Positions 14,029-27,799 of a stretch of 64,000 nucleotides of DNA are shown piece by piece. This DNA is from the human T2T-CHM13v2.0 reference genome, Homo sapiens. Under the pieces are notes generated by a model. That model did not search any database. It worked only from the letters and a program-made list of their open reading frames with translations, and was not told where the DNA came from. A program made the translations under genes and the position numbers. Every line of letters begins with the position of its first letter. Position 1 is the stretch's first letter. The stretch lies in assembly GCF_009914755.1 (NCBI RefSeq), contig NC_060929.1. One strand, 5' to 3'.

Positions 14029-15537
14029 ATGGGAAACAGAAATTCAAGGCCTATGGGATAAAGGAAAGAGGGAGCCAAAGAGACTCCCTCTGACATTCCC
14101 CCAGATAGTCCTTTGGGGAGAATGTTTCAGGTTTGGAGGGACAACCCTCAAATCAGGGACACGGAGAAGCAAAAGATGGTAAAGACTGCTATTTAATCTG
14201 GTCCAAAGACCCCATTCATAAGCCTTCAGTCTTTTGGCCTAAGTTTGGCTCAGGTGAGGATTGGGAGTGCCAACCTTTAATTATGTGAATAATAAAACCC
14301 CATTTTCACAAGAGAAGATAAGTACGATCTCTGCTGGATCAAGAAATTAGCCCCCATGTTCCCTCTCAAAGAGGAAGAAAAAAAGGCTAGTAAAAAGCCC
14401 TTGCCCAGTGAAAAGCCCTGGGACCCCCTATCATGCTTGTCTCCTCCATATGTCTCACAAAATAAGGGACAGGAAGATCAAGAGCAGTAGGAGGGTTAGA
14501 AGAAGAAAGACCTGGAGACCATGGGGGAGCCAAACCAACTACTCCTTTATATCCTTATCCAAATTTAAGAAAAGAATTAGAACAGTGTAAGAGGGATATT
14601 GAGAACTTCCCTATCCCCTCCAAACAGCAAACATTTAGCCTGTTGCCTCTTAGGGAACTTCCCACAGGGGAGGTAAAGATTGGCTTTGTAAATGCTCCTC
14701 TTACAAGTACTGAAGTTAGGAATTTCAAGAGGAAATGAAACCACTCCTAGAAGGTACCCTTGGTTTAGCAGAACAGCTAGACCAATTCTTAGGACCCAGC
14801 TTTTACACCTGGGCTGAAATTACGTCTATCATGAATATCCTGTTCACAGGAGAATAAAGGGGAATTATCCCAGACAAGGAGTCTTGCCAGCCAAGAAAAA
14901 ATTTCCTAACGTCAATCCCACATGGGATAATAATGATCCCAGGGGCTGTGCCCAAATGCAGAACCTCAGGGAACTAATAATTAAAGGGATCAAAGAATCC
15001 ACTCCTAGGATACAAAGTATCTCAAAGGCATTCGAGATTAAACAAGAAAAAGAGGAAACTCCCTCTGCATTCCTTAAGAGGCTCAGAGATCAAATGAGAA
15101 AATACTCCAGATTAGATGTGGAGGACCCAGTAGGGCAAAGCCCTTTGAAGGTTAACTTTGTAACTAATAGTTGGCCTGACATTACAAAAAAATTACAAAA
15201 GATCAATGGTTGGAATGAAAAAATCAATTGAGGAATTAATGAAGGAAGCTAAAAAGGCCCTTCTATGAAGAGAAAAGGAAAAACAGAGACAAAAAGTGAA
15301 AATCATGGTTTCCACTGTAGAGGAGGTAGCCAGGAGGAAGTTAGATGAAGAGCCCTCTTGGAGGAGATGAGAAATTGCTAGGTTTCAGCAAAAACTCAGA
15401 AGAGAAATACAAGGAAAAACTCCTAAGACTGTAAGTGGATGTTACAGTGTGGAAAACCAGGACATTTTAACAGAGAATGTCCAGAATGGAAAAAGAAAGA
15501 GAAGATAATCCCTGTGATGACTATTTATGAAGATTAG
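14029..15537 (+). pseudogene. gag: ERV gag (MA-CA-NC), disrupted
   Basis: ATG 14029 gives MGNRNS (myristoylation-like MGxxxS), then IPPDSPLG and WPKFGS motifs. MHR QEKEETPSAFLKRL (ORF 14884-15231). Frameshifted CCHC knuckle C-x-x-CGKPGHFNRECP at ~15440-15483. TAG at 15535-15537. Multiple stops and frameshifts. Confidence 0.9.
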
Positions 15538-15602
15538 GGGGGTCAGGGGCTCCTTTTAAGTAGGTCCCACCAGGAACCCTTGATAAAATTGATGGTGGGA
15601 CT
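15535..15602 (+). promoter_or_regulatory. gag-pol stop-codon readthrough signal (UAG + 8-nt spacer + predicted pseudoknot)
   Basis: TAG-GGGGGTCA is followed by complementary blocks 15546-15553/15573-15580 and 15564-15572/15593-15601. Protease is in frame with the gag stop. Confidence 0.75.
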
Positions 15603-16946
15603 CAAGGGGAAAGAAGTAACATATTTGGTTGATACTGGGGCGGCTCAATTCTCCCTAATTCATCCATCGAGGGGTACAGAACCCTCTAAGGAAAAATGGA
15701 CAGTTTCAGGAGTAAAAGGGGAGTGATTTCAGGTTCTGATATTCAAGCAAATGTTATTTAGATTGTGATCAGAACAAATTGAAGTTTCACTCTTATATGT
15801 TCCTGAAGCAGGAACTAACTAAATCAAGACATAAGTGTGAGACTGGATTTAGGATTAGGAATAGACGAGGGACAAATAAAAGTAATAATGGGCCTCCTAA
15901 CAGATGAAGAGTAATGAAAAATTAATCCCCTTGTGTGGGTTAGGGAAGGCAACAGGGGAAGTTAAAAATTATACCTTTACAGATTAAACTAAAGCAACCA
16001 GGAGAAATAGTTTGCAGAAAACAATATCCCATTCCCACTGAAGGGAGAAAAAAGGTCTCCAATGGGTAATAAAGGGATTAATCAAAGATAGATTATTGGA
16101 ACCCTGCATGTCACCATATAACACTCCAATTCTCCCAGTCAAAAAGCATGATGGGTTATATAGATTGGTGCAAGATCTAAGGACTATAAATCAAATTGTC
16201 CAGACCCACCACCGTGGGGTGCCTAACCTCTACAACCTCCTTAGTAAGATATCCTATGAACATAAGTGGTTCAATGTGGTGGATCTAAAAGATGCATTCT
16301 GAGCATCTACTGTAGACTTTAGGGGTAGGGACCTCTTTGCTTTTGAATGGGAAAATCCTATAACTGGGAAGAAAAACAATAGTAGCACTGGACTGTGCTG
16401 CCACAAGGTTTCACAGAAGCCCCAAACTTATTTAGTCAAACCTTAGAAAAATTTCTAGAGGAATTCCAAACTTCCAGGGGAACCCAGTTATTATAATATG
16501 TAGATGATCTTTTAATTTCTGGGGAGAAGAGGGCTCAGGTATCAGAAACCACCATAAGTTGCTTAATTTTCTAGGAGAAAGGGGGTTGTGAGTCCCTAAA
16601 AACAAATTGCAGTTTGTAGAAAAATAAGTTAAATATTTAGGACACCTGATTAGTGAAGGAAAGCAGAGAATAAACCCAGAAAGACTATCAGGAATAGTGG
16701 GTCTTCCTTTGCCTAAGACAAAGAGAGAACTCTGAAAATTTTCAGGTTTAACTGGCTGCTGTAGGTTATGGATTGACTCATATGCTCAAAAGACAAAGAT
16801 TGTGTATCTCAAGTTAATGGAAGAGTAACCTGATCCCTTGCAATGGTACCCAGAGGACATTCAGCCAATGAGAGAGCTAAAGCAGGCCCTCATTACAGCC
16901 CTGGTCCTGGCCCTCCCATCTTTAGAGAAACCATTCCATCTATTTG
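15538..16946 (+). pseudogene. pol: ERV protease + reverse transcriptase (5' part of pol), disrupted
   Basis: YLVDTGA (GAT at 15631), SPYNTPILPVKK, YRLVQDLR, VDLKDAF, WTVLPQGF, YVDD (16497-16508). Ends at PFHLF where the L1 inserted. Confidence 0.92.
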
Positions 16947-17189
16947 GGTTTTTTTGTTTTTTTTTTTTTTTGTTGTTTTTTATTATTATACTTTAAGTGT
17001 TAGGGTACATGTGCACAATGTGCAGGTTAGTTACATATGTATACATGTGACATGCTGGTGTGCTGCACCCACTAACTCATCATCTAGCATTAGGTATATC
17101 TCCCAATGCTATCCCTCCCCACTCCCCCCACCCCATAACAGTCCCCAGAGTGTGATGTTCCCCTTCCTGTGTCCATATGTTCTCATTGT

Positions 17190-21013
<3,824 letters not shown>

Positions 21014-21076
21014 TATGATGTTAGCTGGTGATTTTGCTCATTAGTTGATGCAGTTTCTTCCTAGTCTCGATGGTCT

Positions 21077-22089
21077 TTACATTTTGGCATGATTTTGCAG
21101 CGGCTGGTACCTGTTATTCCTTTCCATGTTTAGTGCTTCCTTCAGGAGCTCTTTTAGGGCAGGCCTGGTGGTGACAAAATCTCTCAGCATTTGCTTGTCT
21201 GTAAAGTATTCTATTTCTCCTTCACTTATGAAGCTTAGTTTGACTGGATATGAAATTCTGGGTTGAAAATTCTTTTCTTTAAGAATGTTGAATATTGGCC
21301 CCCACTCTCTTCTGGCTTGTAGAGTTTCTGCCAAGAGATCAGCTGTTAATCTGATGGGCTTCCCTTTGTGGGTAACCCGACCTTTCTCTCTGGCTGCCCT
21401 TAACATTTTTTCCTTCATTTCAACTTTGGTGAATCTGACAATTATGTGTCTTGGAGTTGCTCTTCTCGAGGAGTATCTTTGTGGCATTCTCTGCATTTCC
21501 TGAATCTGAATGTTGGCCTGCCTTGCTAGATTGGGGAAGTTCTCCTGGATAATATCCTGCAGAGTGTTTTCCAACTTGATTCCATTCTCCCCGTCACTTT
21601 CAGGTACACCAATCAGACGTAGATTTGGTCCTTTCACATAGTCCCATATTTCTTGGAGGCTTTGTTCATTTCTTTTTATTCTTTTTTCTTTAAACTTCCC
21701 TCTCGCTTCATTTCATTCATTTGATCTTCCATCACTGATACCCTTTCTTCCAGTTGATTGCATCGGCTCCTGTGGCTTCTGCATTCTTCACGTAGTTCTC
21801 GAGCCTTGGCTTTCAGCTCCATCAGCTCCTCTAAGCCCTTCTCTGTATTGGTTATTCTAGTTACACATTCGTCTAAATTTTTTTCAAAGTTTTTAACTTC
21901 TTTGCCTTTGGTTTGAATTTCCTCCTGTAGCTCGTAGTTTGATCGTCTGAAGCCTCCTTCTCTCAACTCGTCAAAGTCATTCTCCATCCAGCTTTGTTCC
22001 ACTGCTGGTGAGGAACTGCGTTCCTTTGGAGGAGGAGAGGTGCTCTGCTTTTTAGAGTTTCCAGTTTTTCTGCTCTGTTTTTTCCCCAT
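21077..22089 (-). pseudogene. ORF1: L1 ORF1 (RNA-binding protein), frameshifted
   Basis: ORFs 21676-22089 (MGKKQ..., coiled coil) and 21077-21637 (PNLRLIGVPE...RREWG...QNHAKM). Frameshift near 21690. Confidence 0.96.
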
Positions 22090-23124
22090 CTTTGTGGTTT
22101 TATCTACTTTTGGTCTTTGATGATGGTGATGTACAGATGGGTTTTTGGTGTGGATGTCCTTTCTGTTTGTTAGTTTTCCTTCTAACAGACAGGACCCTCA
22201 GCTGCAGGTCTGTTGGAGTTTGCTAGAGGTCCACTCCAGACCCTGTTTGCCTGGGTATCAGCAGCGGTGTTTGCAGAACAGTGGTTTTTCGTGAACTGCA
22301 AATGCTGCTGCCTGATCGTTCCTCTGGAAGTTTTGTCTCAGGGGAGTACCCGGCTGTGTGAAGTGTCAGTCTGCCCCTACTGGGGGGTGCCTCCCAGTTA
22401 GGCTGCTCAGGAGTCAGGGGTCAGGGACCCACTTGAGGAGGCAGTCTGCCCCTTCTCAGATCTCAAGCTGCGTGCTGGGAGAACCACTGCTTTCTTCAAA
22501 GCTGTCAGACAGGGACATTTAAGTCTGAAGAGGTTACTGCTGTCTTTTTGTTTGTCTGTGCCCTGCCCCCAGAGGTGGAGCCTACAGAGGCAGGCAGGCC
22601 TCCTTGAGCTGTGGTGGGCTCCACCCAGTTGGAGCTTCCCGGCTGCTTTGTTTACCTAAGCAAGACTGGGTAATGGCAGGCGCCCCTCCCCCAGCCTCAC
22701 TGCCGCCTTGCAGTTTGATCTCAGACTGCTGTGCTAGCAATCACTGAGACTCCGTGGGTGTAGGACCCTCCGAGCCGGGTGTGGGATATAATCTCCTGGT
22801 GTGCCGTTTTTTAAGGCCGTCAGAAAAGTGCAGTATTCGGGTGGGAGTGACCCGATTTTCCAGGTGCCGTCTGTCACCCCTTTCTTTGACTAGGAAAGGG
22901 AACTCCCTGACCCCTTGAGCTTCCCGGGTGAGGCAATGCCTCGCCCTGCTTCGGCTCGTGCATGGTGCACTGCACCCACTGCCCTGCGCCCACTGTCTGG
23001 CACTCCCTAGTGAGATGAACCTGGTACCTCAGATGGAAATGCAGAAATCACCCATCTTCTGCATCACTCACGCTGGGAGCTGTAGACCAGAGCTGTTCCT
23101 ATTTGGCCACTTGGCTCCTCCCCC
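22090..23124 (-). promoter_or_regulatory. L1 5'UTR: internal sense promoter (-) and antisense promoter (+)
   Basis: CpG-enriched ~1035-bp 5'UTR. Contains the ORF0 ATG (22673, + strand) and antisense splice-donor positions (22778/22779 and 22863/22864). The YY1 site near the 5' end has a 1-nt deletion (GGCCACTTGG versus GGCCATCTTGG). Confidence 0.85.
22673..22747 (+). pseudogene. ORF0: L1 ORF0, truncated at 24 aa
   Basis: ATG GCA GGC GCC CCT CCC CCA... = MAGAPPPASLPPCSLISDCCASNH, then TGA at 22745-22747 (CGA in intact ORF0). Confidence 0.85.
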
Positions 23125-23140
23125 CCATTCCATCTATTTG

Positions 23141-25240
23141 TAACAGTAGACCAGGGCATGGCCCTTGGGGTGTTCACTCAGACCTGGGAAGGGAAGAGGC
23201 AACCTGTTGTTTTTGTCTCCAAGCTTTATTATCCTGCCTCTCAAGGGTAGCCTGAATGTGCGCAAGAATTAGCTGCCACAGCCCTGCTGGTAGAGAAGAG
23301 TCAAATGCTAACCCTTGGTGGGGCCCTAATAATGAGCACCCCACATCGGGTCAGGAATATACTAAATAAAAAAGCCGGGAGGTGGTTAACAGATTCTCAG
23401 ATTCTAAAATATGAAGCCATATTACTGGAAAAAGATGATTTGGTCATAACACCAGATACTTGCCTGAATCCAGCCAGTTTCATATGGAAAGGAGAGGAGA
23501 ACGAAGAAGCATCAGACGAAAACTGCTTATATATCATAGAATACCAAACCAAAATTAGTTAGACCAGACCTTAGAGAAGCTCCACTACATCATTGGCTAA
23601 GGCTGTTTGTGGATGGGTGGTCCTGAGTGAAAGATGGCAAGAAATACAATAGCTGTGCTGTCATTGATGGAAATAAACACTTTTTTATGTGAGAAAGGTA
23701 GATTAGCCTAATGGCTGGTGGCCCCAAACCTGTGAATTATATGCTCTTAACCAGGCCCTAAACCTCCTTGAAGGCCAAGAAGGCATTATATATACTGATT
23801 CTAATTATGCCTATGGGGTGATATACACTTTTGGAAAAATGTGGACAGAGCGGGGCCTAATAAATAGCAGGGGAAAAGATCTGGTACATAGAGAATTAGT
23901 CAAACAGGTTTTAGAAAGCCTCCTGTTTCCAGCAGAGATAACTAATCATACTTAATGTAAATGGTCATCAGAAAGGGAACACTATAGAAGCTGTAGGAAA
24001 CAGGCTTGCAGATGAAGCTGCTAAGCAAGCCTCCCTAGAGGAAGAAATTAGACTATTTAGCCTGATCCCAGACCTCCCTAAGATAGTATTAAGGCCTCAG
24101 TTTACCAAAGAGGAGAAAGGAGAATTAGGATAGGGGTCACTCAAACTGAAGATGAGAAATAGGTTCTTACTGATGTGAGAGATGATAAGTAAACCCCTAA
24201 TGAGAGAACTAATGAATATATTATGCAAAGGGAGAATTGGGGACCCCTGGCTCTGTGTGATGCAATACTTAGAAATTATTGGTGTATAGGGATTTATATC
24301 CTCGCTAAACAAGTATGTGGAAGTTGTGTAACTTCTCAAAGGATGAACAAAAAGTTAATTAGAAGACAGGCCACAGGAGGACGACCTCCTGGACTAAGAC
24401 CATTCCACAGCATTCAAGTAGATTTCACAGAAATACCCAAAGTACAAAGAGTAAAGTATTTGCTTGTGATCGTAGATCACCTTTCCAGCTGGGTAGAAGC
24501 CTCTCCCCATCTGACAGCCACTACCAGGAATATGGTCAAAATAATCTTAGAGCAGATTATACCCAGATTTGGCCGGTTAGAAAATATTGATTCAGACAGT
24601 GGGAGCCACTTTACCTCAAGGGTGTTAAGGGGAATTATGGAAGGTTTACAAATTACACTCCCTGGCATCCCCCTTCTTCTGGAGAGTTGGAAAGAATGAA
24701 TCAAACTCTCAAAAAGCATATTACTAAACAAATATTAGAAACTCAAATGCCCTGGACCAAATGTCTTCCAATTGAGCTCTCCTTAGGGTTAGGACAGCCC
24801 CAAGAAAAAAACTTGAGACTGTCCCCCTTTGAGTTATTATATGGACTCCCATATTTGGGCAGTACTACAGATCTTCCTACTACGGAAACCAAGGACCAAT
24901 TTTCGAGAAATTACACTGGCCATATCCTCTACCTTGTCATCCCTTAGTTAAAAGGACTTCTGACTCAAACCCCACCTCTTGAGTTTGAAGCTCACCACTT
25001 CCAGCCCGGTGACTTGGTGCTGATTAAGACTTGGAAAGAAAACAAGCTCCAACCCAGCTGGGAAGGTCCCTATCAAGTGCTCCTGACCACCAAGACAGCC
25101 ATACAAACAGCTGAAAGGGGGTGAACTCATACTCGAGTCAAGGGACTGATAAAAGAGACCCTGGAAGGAGAGAAAAAGACCAGTGGAAAGTACATGGGTC
25201 ACATAAGAAAGCCTTAAAGTTAACTTTAAGAAAAACCTAG
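23141..25240 (+). pseudogene. pol: ERV pol 3' part (RT connection, RNase H, integrase), disrupted
   Basis: Resumes after the TSD. Motifs WLTDSQILKYEAILL, LFVDG, IYTDS, IQVDFTE, YLLVIVDHLSSWVEA, IDSDSGSHF, ERMNQTLK, WEGPYQVLL. Ends LKLTLRKT* (TAG 25238-25240). Confidence 0.92.
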
Positions 25241-25249
25241 AAAGAAAAC

Positions 25250-27260
25250 GTGGGCTGGCCCCCTCTATGGAAGTTAATATGGTTGGGATGGGCTATCAAG
25301 CCAGGGACTAAAGACTGGAATGGAGGACAGGGAAACTGGAAAGGGACTCCCATCTACTCACTTAAGCTAGTAATTAATGTAACTAAAACTACAGCACCCA
25401 TAACTATAAAATTTGATGTCTGCCAAGTTTTGCCTTGTGGAAATTTAGAAAACCAGAGTCATGTTTCACAAGCAGATGAGTATCTCTTCCCTGAACTAGA
25501 TGCAGGCTACAATAGTGCAAGTCCCTGCCCTAGCTGGGATGATGTCTGGTGGACCACCCAATATCAGGGTTGGACTGTCACTATGGGATAGGCAACCCCA
25601 TCCTGGAGACCCTTAAAAGATAAAATACATCTGTACAAAGGCTCCCCACCAACTAACTGCCAAAACTTAGTGTAATCCTATACTCAGAACTATCAAAAAT
25701 CCAGGCACCCTAGATCAAGAACCAAGGGTGTTGCCTCAAGTATAGGCTGGCGGCAGATGTTGCAGGAAAAGATCCCCTAGGGTGATTTGTTCTTAAATTA
25801 ATCAAGAACTCAACCTCCTACTTGCCTGGGACTACTCCAACCCCAGACCCTAATAAGTACTTTATTCCATCACATAATAATCCTAAAAGAGTAGAAATAA
25901 TTGAAATAAATGACTTAAGGCAAACCTTAGGAATTGAAACAGGGTACAGAGATGTGAATGCCTGGGTCAAATGGGTCAAATTCTTGGTATAAGCCCTCAA
26001 AAAGAGTAATGGCTACACATGTGCTGTAGGATGACCTCAGGCACAGGTGGTTCCATTTCCCCTAGGATGGGATATCGATCCTGAAGGAATGCATTGCATG
26101 TCGGCTCTATACCAGGACAGTGATGCAGGGGAAGATGAGACTTGTGAGAGTCTGTCATTTCTCTTTCCTGCATTGCAGAGGTCAGATACCAGAGCAATCC
26201 TCTCATTCTCTAAAAGGAATATGAACCACTCCTCTTGCCTCTCTAGGCAGGGGGCAGAGTTCAATAAGCCATGGGAGAACTATCGACTTGTACCCACATC
26301 CTAAACATCACTGGTAAGTCAGGCAATGGAAATTACACAGCTTGCCATATACCCTGGGCTGATGTCTGGTGGTAATGTGGGAAGAGGAACCTCTGTAACC
26401 TGTTACCATCCAATAGGACTGGGACTTGTGCTTTAGTCCAGCTGGCCATTCCCTTCACCCTGGCATTCCATGAGATACCTGAAAATACACATGGCCACCG
26501 AAACCAGACAGATTTAACAAATTATTTTGATCCCAATATATATGTTGACTCAATAGGAGTACCTAGGGGGGTGCCTAATAAATTTAAGGCCTGAAACCAA
26601 ACAGCTGTTGGGTTTGAGTCAGCACTCTTCTGGTGGTCAATTATTAATAAAAATGTGGATTGGATCAATTACATCTATTATAATCAACAGAGATTCATTA
26701 GTTATACTCGGGACACCCTCAAAGTGGTGGCTGGCCAGTTAGATGTCACCAGCCAAATGGCCTGGGAAAACAGACTTGTGCTAGACATGATGCTAGCAGA
26801 AAAAGGGGGCATATGTGTTACGCAGGGTGGGAAATGTTGTACTTTCATTGCCAGCAATACTGCCCCAGATGGAACCATCACAAAAGCTTTACAACGACTG
26901 ACAACTCTAGCCAACAAACTAGCAGAAAATGCTGGAATTGATGAACCATTTACGGGTTACTAGAAGGATGGTTTAGAAAATGGAAAGGCATGGTAGTTTC
27001 AATCCTTACATCTCACATAATTGTGGCAGGAGTCTAAATAGCAGTGGGATATTGTGCTATCCCTGTGTGAGGGGACTAGCACAGAGATTAATTGAAACAG
27101 CTATTAAGAAACAAATGCCCATGACTTACCAGCAAAATAACCTGCTACTATTAGAAACCAAATTAAACCCACTCTCCTATGAGAAGACAGTAAACAACTT
27201 CTAGAGCGATTCAAGGACCAAAAAGGTTTAAATGAAAATGAGACCAAAGGAAGTAAATAG
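25250..27260 (+). pseudogene. env: ERV env (SU+TM), disrupted
   Basis: GTG at the presumed start-codon position. SU Cys/Trp motifs (FDVCQVLPCG, CPSWDDVWW). TM: DSIGVPRGVP, NKNVDWINYIYYNQQRF, immunosuppressive domain ENRLVLDMMLAEKGG, CX6CC (CVTQGGKCC), hydrophobic anchor ~26990-27066. Many stops; 3' end approximate. Confidence 0.9.
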
Positions 27261-27274
27261 AAAAAAGGAGAGAA
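27259..27274 (+). promoter_or_regulatory. Polypurine tract
   Basis: AGAAAAAAGGAGAGAA immediately 5' of the 3' LTR. Confidence 0.85.
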
Positions 27275-27276
27275 TT

Positions 27277-27734
27277 AGTAAGAAAACATTTTAAATAGTT
27301 CATTGTCAAGGCATGATAAATCTAAGCACTGGCAGCCAGCCTGTGGACGTGACAAACTGCATGGCTCATTCACCTAGAAAGTCACGATAAGTAAGCAGGA
27401 TGTAGAGGAGGAGACAGCCCATAAAAGGGAAGAAAGTTTCGTTATTGGGAAATCAAAACTTAAGCAGAGAAGGGGACTGTGGTACCACCTTATAAGGGGA
27501 TAATGAAACGTAGGTGCTGTCCAGGAAGATGGTAACCTCACAGTACTCGACCAATGAGGAACTGAGGGAGGGACTTGCGTGCTAGGAGATGAATTACCTG
27601 CTGTGACTGCCCCAGGTGTGCCAGCCTACCAGACACCCGATATTGCAAGAACACCATTAAAAGTCTTCTTTTTACTGTTCCTCGTGTTTCTAAGTCCATT
27701 ATTTGGGTTTGGATGGGTGAATATATCTCTCACA
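27277..27734 (+). repeat. 3' LTR (458 bp, LTR71-like)
   Basis: Homologous to 13113-13567; first base is A instead of T; ends CTCTCACA. CCAAT at 27551-27555, ATTAAA at 27656-27661. Confidence 0.92.
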
Positions 27735-27799
27735 ATGGAGAAAATCTCTAGAAGAATAAGGTGTAAAATTTCAAGTACTGTTTTCAGTATTGCTAAGTA

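Noticed and set aside
24223-24699. 158-aa integrase ORF as a domesticated gene
   Set aside because: A frameshift/deletion separates the second Asp from the catalytic Glu (ERMN is in another frame), and the flanking pol is full of stops.
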